This document shows, one piece after another, positions 18,163-26,943 of a DNA stretch of 64,000 nt. Within the stretch, counting starts at the first letter, position 1. Each line of letters begins with the position of its first letter. The position numbers and the translations under genes are program-made. The DNA lies in the NCBI GenBank assembly GCA_024695415.1, contig JAILIE010000142.1, positions 4,847 to 68,846 on the forward strand, written 5' to 3'. Source of the DNA: Clostridiales bacterium (GTDB lineage: Bacteria; Bacillota; Clostridia; Christensenellales; Aristaeellaceae). Below the pieces are notes generated by a model, which had not been told where the DNA came from, ran no database searches, and saw only the letters and a list, made by a program, of their open reading frames with translations.

Positions 18163-19260
18163 ATGGATCTGAATCTGAAACCGGCGGAAGCGTGCCGCTA
18201 TGACGCGGTATCCCTGGGTGAAATCATGCTGCGCCTGGATCCCGGCGAGGGCCGGATCCGGACCGCGCGGGAATTCAAGGTCTGGGAAGGCGGCGGCGAA
18301 TACAACGTGGTCCGGGGCCTGCATAAATGCTTTGGCCTGAGGACCGGTGTGCTGACCGCTTTCGCGGACAACGAGGTCGGCAAACTGCTGAAGGACCTGA
18401 TTGAGCAGGGAGGCGTGGACACCAGCCTGATCTGCTGGAAAAAGACGGACGGTATCGGCCGCGTCTGCCGGAACGGCCTGAACTTCACGGAGCGAGGCTT
18501 TGGCATTCGCGGCGCTGTCGGGTGCTCCGACCGCGCCAACACCGCCATCTCCAAGGCGACCCCGGAAGATTTTGACTTTGACAATGTTTTCGGCAAACTG
18601 GGCGTCCGGTGGCTGCATACCGGCGGAATCTACGCCGCGCTGTCCGAACAGAGCTGCGAGACCGTCATCGCCGCGTGCAAAACCGCGAAGAAATACGGTA
18701 CGCTGGTCTCCTATGACCTGAACTACCGGCCTTCCATGTGGTCCGCGATCGGCGGCCTGGAAAAAGCCCGTGAGGTCAACCGGGAAGTGGCCAGATATGT
18801 GGACGTCATGATCGGCAACGAAGAGGACTTCACCGCGTGCCTCGGCCTGCAGGTGGAAGGAAACGATGAAAACCTGAAGGAGCTGAACCTGGACGGATAC
18901 TACAAGATGATCGCGGAAGCGGCGAAGCAGTATCCTAATTTCAAGGCGATCGCCACTACGCTGCGGACCGTGAAAACGGCCACGGTGAACGACTGGAAAG
19001 CGATCTGCTGGGCGGACGGAAAGGTTTACATGTCCAAGGCGTTTGACGGCCTGGAAATCCTGGACCGCGTCGGCGGCGGAGACTCCTTTGCCTCCGGACT
19101 GGTTTACGGCCTGATGACCACCGGCGATCCGGAACTGGCCGTCAACTATGGCGCCGCCCACGGCGCGCTGGCGATGACCACGCCCGGTGACACCAGCATG
19201 GCCAGCAAGGAAGAAGTGGAAGCCATCATCAAGAACGGCAGCGCCCGGGTCAAGCGTTAA
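18163..19260 (+). CDS. kdgK: 2-keto-3-deoxygluconate kinase (PfkB family)
   Basis: LGEIMLRL, GGGEYNV, SYDLNYRPSMW, GNEED, DRVGGGDSF. Context supports the substrate. Confidence 0.85.
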   Translation: MDLNLKPAEACRYDAVSLGEIMLRLDPGEGRIRTAREFKVWEGGGEYNVVRGLHKCFGLRTGVLTAFADNEVGKLLKDLIEQGGVDTSLICWKKTDGIGRVCRNGLNFTERGFGIRGAVGCSDRANTAISKATPEDFDFDNVFGKLGVRWLHTGGIYAALSEQSCETVIAACKTAKKYGTLVSYDLNYRPSMWSAIGGLEKAREVNREVARYVDVMIGNEEDFTACLGLQVEGNDENLKELNLDGYYKMIAEAAKQYPNFKAIATTLRTVKTATVNDWKAICWADGKVYMSKAFDGLEILDRVGGGDSFASGLVYGLMTTGDPELAVNYGAAHGALAMTTPGDTSMASKEEVEAIIKNGSARVKR

Positions 19261-19293
19261 CCAGATCAGAATTGCATGTGAAGGAGAACGACG

Positions 19294-20709
19294 ATGAAAC
19301 AGTTTCTGGACAAAGATTTCCTGCTGAACACGGAAGCGGCGAAGAAGCTGTACCATGAGGCGGCGGAGAAACAGCCGATCATCGACTACCACTGCCACCT
19401 GAGCCCGCGGGAAATCTGGGAGGATATCCGCTATCAGAATATTACGCAGGTCTGGCTGGGCGGGGACCACTACAAGTGGCGCCTGATGCGCTCCGCCGGG
19501 GTGAACGAGAAGTATATCACCGGGGACGCGCCGGACTATGAGAAGTTCCTGAAGTATGCCGAAGTGCTCGGAAAGGCGGTCGGGAATCCGCTGTACCACT
19601 GGAGCCACCTGGAGCTGCGGCGGTTCTTCGGCTATGAGGGAATCCTGAACCGGGACACCGCGGACGAGGTATGGAAGCTGGCGAACGAAAAGCTGCAGAG
19701 CGAAGGCTATTCCGCGCGCGGGCTGATCATGATGAGCAATGTGGATACGATCTGCACGACGGACGACCCGGCGGACAGCCTGGAATGGCATGAAAAGCTG
19801 GCGGCGGACAAGACCTTCCCGGTGACCGTGCTGCCGGCGTGGCGGCCGGACAAGGCGATGAACCTGGAGAAGGTGACCTGGCCGAGCTATATTGCCCAGC
19901 TGGAGGAAGCCGCGGGGATGAAGATCGACTCCTTCGCGGGACTGAAGAAAGCGCTGAAGGCGCGGCTGGACTTTTTCGCGGCGCACGGGTGCAAGCTGAG
20001 CGACCACGCGCTGAACTATGTGGTTTACGCGCCGGCCGGCGCGGAGGAAGTCGAGGAGATCTTCCGCCGGCGGATGGAGGGAGAAATCCCGGACGCGGAC
20101 GCGGAAGCGAAGTTCAAGTACGCGTTCATGACCGCGATGGCGAAGGAATACCGGGAACGCGGATGGGTGATGCAGCTGCACTACGGATGCCGCCGGGACA
20201 ACAATCCGGTGACGTTCCGGAAGATGGGCCCGGATACCGGGTTCGACTGCGTGGACAACTACGCGCCCAGCGCCCAGACGGCGGCGTTCCTCGGCGCGCT
20301 GGAGGACGAGGGAGCCCTGCCGAAGACGATCCTGTACAGCCTGAACACGAACGACAACGCGGCGATTGACACGATCCTGGGATGCTTCCAGAACGACGAG
20401 GCCGTCGGAAAGATCCAGCACGGGTCCGCCTGGTGGTTCAACGACCACTTCGACGGGATGAGCGAACAGCTGAAGAGCCTGGGCGCGCTGGGATACCTGG
20501 CCGGGTTTGTGGGAATGCTGACGGACAGCCGGAGTTTCCTGAGCTATCCGAGGCATGAGTATTTCCGGAGGATCCTGTGCCGCATTCTCGGCGAATGGGT
20601 GGAGGAAGGATTCTATCCGGAGGATTACGATACGCTGAAGCAGATTGTGGCGGATATCAGTTACAACAACGCGAAGAATTATTTCGCGTTTGAGAAGAAG
20701 GAAGTTTAA
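19294..20709 (+). CDS. uxaC: Uronate isomerase
   Basis: PIIDYHCHL, GDHYKWRLMR, CTTDDP, AWWFND, TDSRSFLSYPRHEYFRR. Confidence 0.97.
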   Translation: MKQFLDKDFLLNTEAAKKLYHEAAEKQPIIDYHCHLSPREIWEDIRYQNITQVWLGGDHYKWRLMRSAGVNEKYITGDAPDYEKFLKYAEVLGKAVGNPLYHWSHLELRRFFGYEGILNRDTADEVWKLANEKLQSEGYSARGLIMMSNVDTICTTDDPADSLEWHEKLAADKTFPVTVLPAWRPDKAMNLEKVTWPSYIAQLEEAAGMKIDSFAGLKKALKARLDFFAAHGCKLSDHALNYVVYAPAGAEEVEEIFRRRMEGEIPDADAEAKFKYAFMTAMAKEYRERGWVMQLHYGCRRDNNPVTFRKMGPDTGFDCVDNYAPSAQTAAFLGALEDEGALPKTILYSLNTNDNAAIDTILGCFQNDEAVGKIQHGSAWWFNDHFDGMSEQLKSLGALGYLAGFVGMLTDSRSFLSYPRHEYFRRILCRILGEWVEEGFYPEDYDTLKQIVADISYNNAKNYFAFEKKEV

Positions 20710-20719
20710 GAGGGAAAGC

Positions 20720-22267
20720 ATGGAACTGTTGGTGGTGACCTCGCGGAGCGCCGGTATACTGCTGGATCCGGAGGGAATGTACGAGGCCCGGGAAAAGCAT
20801 GTGCTCTACCTGGACGGGGAGCACGCCGGGGAGGAATACCGGTCGGTGACGTCCCTGTTCGACCTGGAGCCGGATACGGAATACGAGCTCGAAGCCCGGA
20901 CGGAAAGCGGAAAGGCGGAGCGGATCACATTCCGGACGAAAAAGGAAACCTGCACGCTGGACGTGACCGAATTCGGCGCGAGGGGCGACGGGGAGACGGA
21001 GGACACGGCGGCAATCCAGGCGGCGATCCTCTGCTGTCCGACCGGCGGACGGGTGCTGATTCCCGAAGGGAATTACGTCACCGGACCGCTTTTCCTGAAG
21101 AGCCATATGACGCTGGAAATTGCCGGCGGCGCGGCGCTGCGGCTTCTGACCGACCGGACGAAGTTCCCGGTGCTGCCGGGAAACGTTCCGGCGGACAACG
21201 GGGCCGGCGAGGTGCTGACGGGCCTGTTCGAAGGCTGCCGGGCGGACTGCTTCGCAGGGGCACTGAACGGGTTTGACATCGAGGACACCGCGATCATCGG
21301 CGAGGGAATCGTCGACGGCCGGGCGCAGGACGGGGACTGGTGGGTGAACCCGAAGGTTCCGCGGATCGCGTACCGGGGGAACCTGCTGTATACCCAGCGG
21401 TGCCGGAAAATGACGGTGCATGGCGTCATGTTTATGAACAGCCCGTGCTGGAATCTCCATCCGGCGTTCAGCGAGGACCTGGATTTCATCGACATCAAGG
21501 TCCGCGCGCCGTGGGACAGCCCGAATACCGACGGGTTCGATCCGGAAAGCTGCCGGCATGTGCGGCTGATCGGCGCGGAGATTTCCGTCGGGGACGACTG
21601 CATCGCCATCAAGAGCGGGAAAATCGACCTGGGGCGGAAATACAAGGCGCCCTGTGAGGACCTGGAGATCGGCTGGTGCGCGCTGCTGGACGGCCACGGC
21701 GGAGTGACGATCGGCAGCGAAATGGCCGGCGGCGTGAAGCACGTACGGGCGCATCACTGCTACATGAAGGGCAACGACCGGGCGCTGCGGGTCAAGACCC
21801 GGCGCGACCGGGGACGCGACGGCGTGGTCGACGATATCGTGTTCAGCGATATCCGGATGGACGGCGTCAAGATGCCGCTGGTGGTAAACAGCTTCTATTT
21901 CTGCGACGCGGACGGGAAGAGCGAGCGGGTGCAGAGCCGGGTAAAAGCGCCGGTGGACGAAACGACGCCGGAGATCGGGACGGTGTGCTTCGAGCACGTG
22001 AAGGCGGAGGAATGCAAGGCCTGCGCCGCCTATGTCCTGGGTCTTCCGGAAAAGCCGATGAAACACCTGATCCTTCGGAACTGCGAATTCGGGTTCGATC
22101 CGGACGCGGAGCCATTGAAACCGGCGATGGCGCTGAACGTGGAGGACTGCCGCCGGCGGGGCGTAATCGCCCGGTGGGTGGAAAAACTGACGATGGAGAA
22201 CGTCAGGATGGACGGGATCGAAGGGGAGGAACTGGAGGTCCTGGACGTGATGGAAATCGAACAATAA
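20720..22267 (+). CDS. GH28 (exo-)polygalacturonase with N-terminal FN3-like domain, no signal peptide
   Basis: NTDG, GDDCIAIKSG, GHGG, RVKT catalytic motifs. LEPDTEY FN3-like motif. Confidence 0.9.
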   Translation: MELLVVTSRSAGILLDPEGMYEAREKHVLYLDGEHAGEEYRSVTSLFDLEPDTEYELEARTESGKAERITFRTKKETCTLDVTEFGARGDGETEDTAAIQAAILCCPTGGRVLIPEGNYVTGPLFLKSHMTLEIAGGAALRLLTDRTKFPVLPGNVPADNGAGEVLTGLFEGCRADCFAGALNGFDIEDTAIIGEGIVDGRAQDGDWWVNPKVPRIAYRGNLLYTQRCRKMTVHGVMFMNSPCWNLHPAFSEDLDFIDIKVRAPWDSPNTDGFDPESCRHVRLIGAEISVGDDCIAIKSGKIDLGRKYKAPCEDLEIGWCALLDGHGGVTIGSEMAGGVKHVRAHHCYMKGNDRALRVKTRRDRGRDGVVDDIVFSDIRMDGVKMPLVVNSFYFCDADGKSERVQSRVKAPVDETTPEIGTVCFEHVKAEECKACAAYVLGLPEKPMKHLILRNCEFGFDPDAEPLKPAMALNVEDCRRRGVIARWVEKLTMENVRMDGIEGEELEVLDVMEIEQ

Positions 22268-22286
22268 AAGGATGGTGGATAAGGAT

Positions 22287-23129
22287 ATGGACATTCGGTA
22301 CAGCTGCAACCAACGGGACTTCAAACGCTACACCACGGAGGAGGTCCGGAAGGAGTTCCTGATCGAGAAACTGTTCGAGGCGGACCAGGTCACGGCGGTC
22401 TACAGCCACGTGGACCGGATGGTCACGCTGGGCGTGATGCCGGTGAACGAAAAGGTTCCGATCGACAAGGGAATCGACATCTGGCACAACTTCGGCACGG
22501 AATACTTCCTGGAACGCCGGGAATGCGGAATGTTCAACGTCGGCGGCGCCGGAAAGGTCACCGCGGACGGGCAGGTATACGAGCTGGGGTATAAGGACTG
22601 CCTGTACCTGACCCGCGGGGCGAAGGAAGTGGTTTTCGAGAGCGACGACGCGGAGAAGCCCGCGAAGTTCTATATCGTCAGCGCGCCCGCGCACTGCAGC
22701 TATGAGAACCGGCTGATCCGGATCGCGGACGCGGCGAAGCGGCCCTGCGGAGACGCGGCGACGAGCAACAAGCGGGTAATCAACCAGTTCATCCATCCTT
22801 CGGTGCTGAAGACCTGCCAGCTGAGCATGGGCATGACGGTGCTGGACACGGGCAGCGTATGGAATACGATGCCGGCGCACACGCACGAGCGGCGGATGGA
22901 AGTGTACTTCTACTTTGAGGTGCCGCAGGACAATGTCGTGTTCCACATGATGGGCGAGGGGCAGGAAACGCGCCATATCGTGATGCAGAACGAGCAGGCG
23001 GTGATTTCACCGAGCTGGTCGATCCACGCCGGGGCCGGAACGAGCAATTATACGTTTATCTGGGCAATGGGCGGGGAGAACCAGGCGTTCGACGATATGG
23101 ACAATATCGCGACCACGGATCTCAGGTAA
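22287..23129 (+). CDS. kduI: 5-dehydro-4-deoxy-D-glucuronate isomerase
   Basis: YSHVDRM, FLERRE, WNTMPAHTHERRMEVYFYF, PSWSIHAG, WAMGGEN. Alternative start at 22272. Confidence 0.95.
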   Translation: MDIRYSCNQRDFKRYTTEEVRKEFLIEKLFEADQVTAVYSHVDRMVTLGVMPVNEKVPIDKGIDIWHNFGTEYFLERRECGMFNVGGAGKVTADGQVYELGYKDCLYLTRGAKEVVFESDDAEKPAKFYIVSAPAHCSYENRLIRIADAAKRPCGDAATSNKRVINQFIHPSVLKTCQLSMGMTVLDTGSVWNTMPAHTHERRMEVYFYFEVPQDNVVFHMMGEGQETRHIVMQNEQAVISPSWSIHAGAGTSNYTFIWAMGGENQAFDDMDNIATTDLR

Positions 23130-23245
23130 TTTTGGAGGGCTTTCCGATCGCCCTCCAAACCACCTTCGGTTATCATGTGCCGCAGGGCGGGGAGAACCGG
23201 GCGCTTGACGATATGGACAATATCGCGACCACGGATCTGAGGTAA
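23069..23245 (+). repeat. 61-bp direct repeat of the kduI 3' end flanking a hairpin insert
   Basis: 23069-23129 vs 23185-23245 differ at 4 positions. The spacer contains TTTGGAGGGC-TTTCCGATC-GCCCTCCAAA. Confidence 0.9.
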
Positions 23246-23263
23246 GGAAACAAGCGGCAGAAC

Positions 23264-23293
23264 ATATCCTTCACTTCGTTCAGGATGACACCG
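23264..23293. repeat. REP-like palindromic half element
   Basis: ATATCCTTCACTTCGTTCAGGATGACACCG; reverse strand reads TGTCATCCTGAACGAAGTGAAGGAT. Confidence 0.6.
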
Positions 23294-23370
23294 GTGGGGG
23301 TTGCTTCTGCGAAGGAACAGAGCGCTTAAGGGATACATTACAGTTTGATTTGAAAGGACGGGAAATCACG

Positions 23371-24168
23371 ATGGATATGAGCAGCTTCAGCCTGAAGGGA
23401 AAAATCGCGTGGATTACGGGAGCGAGCTACGGGATCGGGTTCGCGATTGCCGAGGCCTATGCCGCGGCCGGCGCGAAGATCGTTTTCAACGACATCAACC
23501 AGGAACTGGTGGACAAGGGCCTGAAGGCGTACGCGGAGAAGGGCATCGACGCGAAGGGCTATGTCTGCGACGTGACCAGTGAAGAGGCCGTGCAGGCGCT
23601 GGTGAAGCAGATCGAAGCCGAAGTCGGCATGATCGATATCCTGGTCAACAATGCGGGCATCATCCGCCGGATTCCGATGATCGAGATGAGCGCGGCGGAT
23701 TTCCGGAAGGTCATCGACGTGGACCTGAACGCGCCATTCATCTGCGCGAAGGCGGTCATTCCCTCCATGATTGAGAAGGGGCACGGAAAGATCATCAATA
23801 TCTGCAGCATGATGAGCGAACTGGGCCGGGAGACCGTGTCCGCCTACGCGGCGGCCAAGGGCGGCCTGAAGATGCTGACGCGGAATATCTGCAGTGAATA
23901 CGGTGAACACAACATCCAGTGTAACGGCATCGGACCGGGTTACATCGCCACGCCCCAGACCGCGCCGCTGCGGGAGAAACAGCCCGACGGCAGCCGGCAT
24001 CCCTTCGACCAGTTCATCATCGCGAAGACCCCGGCGGCCCGGTGGGGCACCCCGGAGGACCTGCAGGGGCCGGCGGTGTTCCTGGCCAGCGACGCGAGCA
24101 ATTTCGTGAACGGCCATATTCTCTATGTCGACGGCGGTATCCTGGCCTATATCGGCAAGCAGCCGTAA
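23371..24168 (+). CDS. kduD: SDR, gluconate 5-dehydrogenase-like; functionally KduD (2-dehydro-3-deoxy-D-gluconate 5-dehydrogenase)
   Basis: TGASYGIG, NNAGII, YAAAK, NGIGPGYIAT. Directly follows kduI. Confidence 0.8.
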   Translation: MDMSSFSLKGKIAWITGASYGIGFAIAEAYAAAGAKIVFNDINQELVDKGLKAYAEKGIDAKGYVCDVTSEEAVQALVKQIEAEVGMIDILVNNAGIIRRIPMIEMSAADFRKVIDVDLNAPFICAKAVIPSMIEKGHGKIINICSMMSELGRETVSAYAAAKGGLKMLTRNICSEYGEHNIQCNGIGPGYIATPQTAPLREKQPDGSRHPFDQFIIAKTPAARWGTPEDLQGPAVFLASDASNFVNGHILYVDGGILAYIGKQP

Positions 24169-24254
24169 GGGAAAGATCACTGTTTTGTCCATATGTTTTC
24201 CTTTTTTTTGCCTTTACGAAAACATACAAATTCATGTATAATAGATTATGATAA

Positions 24255-24902
24255 ATGGACAAAAACGCCAAGACAGCCGGAGGACGCACCGTGCAGACCC
24301 AAAGGAGCATCCAGCAATACCGCGCGATCGACCTGACCCTGTTCGCGGTGATCCTGACTGTATTTGAAACAGTGCTGATCCAGGCGGGGACGAAATGGTT
24401 CCCGCAGGAAGCCTGGATGGTATCAGTCACCCCGGTGATCACGGCAATCGTGATGATGCGGTGGGGTCCCTGGGCAGCAATCCACGCGGTACTCGGCGGC
24501 GCGGCACTGTGTTTCCTGACCGGCGCGGCGCAGACGAATCCCCGGATGATTCCCGTATACTGCATCGGGAACCTGGGAGGAATGGCCGGGCTGATCCTCC
24601 TGAAAAAGGCCGGGAGCGAAAAAATCCGCGGAAACGCTGTTCAGTCCATGCTCTTCGGCGGGGTGGTCCTGCTGGGAATGCTGGCCGGACGGGCGCTGGT
24701 ATCCCTGATTGTGATCCGGGATTTCGGCGCGTTGATCATGTATTTTACCCCCGAAGCGGTGACACTGCTCTTTACCCTGGTGCTGATGTGGGTCGTCCGG
24801 CGCCCCGACGGGCTGTTTGAAGACCAGAAGCACTATCTGAAACGCCTGAACCGACAGGCGGACAACCCCGGCGAACCGGAAGACGAAGGAGGACTCCGAT
24901 GA
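24255..24902 (+). CDS. Uncharacterised integral membrane protein (about 5-6 TM; ECF S-component-like pattern)
   Basis: Hydrophobic 215 aa with an MRWGPWAA motif. Stop overlaps the permease start (ATGA). Confidence 0.7.
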   Translation: MDKNAKTAGGRTVQTQRSIQQYRAIDLTLFAVILTVFETVLIQAGTKWFPQEAWMVSVTPVITAIVMMRWGPWAAIHAVLGGAALCFLTGAAQTNPRMIPVYCIGNLGGMAGLILLKKAGSEKIRGNAVQSMLFGGVVLLGMLAGRALVSLIVIRDFGALIMYFTPEAVTLLFTLVLMWVVRRPDGLFEDQKHYLKRLNRQADNPGEPEDEGGLR

Positions 24903-26005
24903 AAGTCAGAGGATCGGACTATCTGGTCTTTGACAAGGAAACCGGAACCTGGAAAGAGGATCCGGAACAGGCGGTCCGCGACGATGTGGAGAAACACTAC
25001 TGGAAAAACGTCGGCCGCGCGCTCCTGAAAGACTGGCGCCTGTACCTGATGCTGGTTCCGATGATCCTGGTGTTCCTGTTCTGGCGCTATATGCCGATGT
25101 ACGAACTGCTGCGATCCTTTAAGGTGGACGGCAGTGACGCGCAGCCGGTAGCGGAGTGGGCATGGAAGGGATTCGCGAACTTCCGCGCGCTGCTGATGGG
25201 TACCGGTGCGAACGCCACGCTGAGCCAGGACTTCTGGGCCGCTCTGCGGAACACGTTCCTGCTGAGCTTTTACGGATTGTGCTTCGGATTCCCGATGCCG
25301 ATCATCCTGGCATTGTTCTTTAATGAAATCCGGAGCAACGGGATGCGCAGCGTATTGCAAGTACTGACCTACCTGCCGAAGTTCATGTCGACGGTTATCA
25401 TGACGTCGCTGGTGGTTATGCTGGTCAAAGGCGCGACATCCGCCGGAGGACTGACGGCACCGCCCGGGGTGATCAGCCAGGCACTGACAAGCCTGGGACT
25501 GGTGCCGCAGGAAGCGGCGGACGCCGGCCTTCTGCGCAGCGCACAGTACTTTCGCGCGATCTACCAGGTGAGCGGCATCTGGGAGACAGCGGGCTATGAC
25601 AGCATCGTGTTCTTCGCAGCCATCATCGCGATTTCACCGACGAGCTATGAAGCGGCGCAGATCGACGGCGCCGGGAAATGGGCGCAGATGCGGTACGTGG
25701 TGCTGCCCAGCATCCTGAGCACGATCGTGATCATGCTGATCACCCGGATCGGATCGATGCTGAGCATAGGCTATGAGAAAGTGATCCTGCTGACCAACAA
25801 CCTGGCCAGGGACAACGGCGACGTGCTGACAACGGCCCAGGTGGTATCCACCTTTGCATGGTCGACTGCCCAGAGCGGCGGCAGCTCGAGCGGGCAACCC
25901 GGAATTGCCGCGGCGGCTGAAATGATGAACAATGTGGTCGGCATGCTGCTGGTGATCGGCGCAAATACCATCGCCCGCAAGGCGTCCAACGTGTCACTGT
26001 ACTGA
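24899..26005 (+). CDS. Carbohydrate ABC transporter permease (LplB/YteP-like)
   Basis: YLMLVP, NTFLLS, YLPKFMS, EAA loop YEAAQIDGAGKW. Confidence 0.92.
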   Translation: MKVRGSDYLVFDKETGTWKEDPEQAVRDDVEKHYWKNVGRALLKDWRLYLMLVPMILVFLFWRYMPMYELLRSFKVDGSDAQPVAEWAWKGFANFRALLMGTGANATLSQDFWAALRNTFLLSFYGLCFGFPMPIILALFFNEIRSNGMRSVLQVLTYLPKFMSTVIMTSLVVMLVKGATSAGGLTAPPGVISQALTSLGLVPQEAADAGLLRSAQYFRAIYQVSGIWETAGYDSIVFFAAIIAISPTSYEAAQIDGAGKWAQMRYVVLPSILSTIVIMLITRIGSMLSIGYEKVILLTNNLARDNGDVLTTAQVVSTFAWSTAQSGGSSSGQPGIAAAAEMMNNVVGMLLVIGANTIARKASNVSLY

Positions 26006-26018
26006 GGGAGGAGAGAAC

Positions 26019-26912
26019 GTGAAAAGAAAGCTCGAAATCTCCGAACTGATCTTCAGGATCATCAGCTACGTGCTGCTGACAGCGTTCGCGCTGTGCTGCC
26101 TGTACCCGTTCCTTTACGCGGTGTTCGCGTCCATCAGCGGAAGGCACGCCGTGGAATACAACGAGATTGTGCTTCTGCCCAAGGCCATCCAGTATGACGC
26201 GTTCATCTGGATGTTCCAGCAGGATACGTTCTGGAACAGCTACAGCAACACGCTGTTCCTGACAATCTACGGTACGGTCTGGTCACTGGTGATCTCGATT
26301 CTCGGTGCCTACGCACTGAGCAAGAAGCGGCTGAAATTCCGGAAATTCTTCAACTTCTTCCTGGTGTTCACGATGTGGTTCAGCGCCGGTATCGTACCCC
26401 AACGCCTGAATTACCTGGCAACGAAGAACATATTCCACTCGATCGGGATCATGGATGACAAGTGGATGGTAGTCATCGCCATGGGTATGGCGGCCATGAA
26501 CATCATCCTGCTGCGGAACGCGTTTGAGAACGTGCCGGGCGAGATTGAGGAAGCCGCGATCGTGGACGGCGCGACGGAATACCAGGTGCTGCGCCAGGTG
26601 TTCATTCCGATGAGCAAGAGCACAATCGCGACAGTGGCGCTGTTCTTCGCTATCAGCCGGTGGAACGGCTACTTCTGGGCAAAGGAAATGGTGACCAACA
26701 CCTGGGAAAAGCCGCTGCAGGTGTTTATCCGGACGAAGCTCGACGAGCTGGTGTATGATCCGGAAACCATCAATTACTGGAATAAACCCTATGCCACGGA
26801 TTCGGTTATTTACGCGCTGATCGTCTGCTCGATTATTCCGATACTGATTATTTATCCGTTTATTCAGAAGTACTTCGCCAAAGGCGCTAACGCCGGCGGT
26901 GTGAAGGAATAA
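26019..26912 (+). CDS. Carbohydrate ABC transporter permease (LplC/YtcP-like)
   Basis: EEAAIVDGA, LFFAISRWN, YPFIQKYF, GGVKE C-terminus. GTG start with GGAGG RBS. Confidence 0.92.
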   Translation: MKRKLEISELIFRIISYVLLTAFALCCLYPFLYAVFASISGRHAVEYNEIVLLPKAIQYDAFIWMFQQDTFWNSYSNTLFLTIYGTVWSLVISILGAYALSKKRLKFRKFFNFFLVFTMWFSAGIVPQRLNYLATKNIFHSIGIMDDKWMVVIAMGMAAMNIILLRNAFENVPGEIEEAAIVDGATEYQVLRQVFIPMSKSTIATVALFFAISRWNGYFWAKEMVTNTWEKPLQVFIRTKLDELVYDPETINYWNKPYATDSVIYALIVCSIIPILIIYPFIQKYFAKGANAGGVKE

Positions 26913-26943
26913 AAGAAACAATTTTGTTAAGGAGGATGACCCC

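Noticed and set aside
23069-23293. Possible mini CRISPR array
   Set aside because: Only two copies, 61 bp long and derived from kduI coding sequence. No cas genes or leader.
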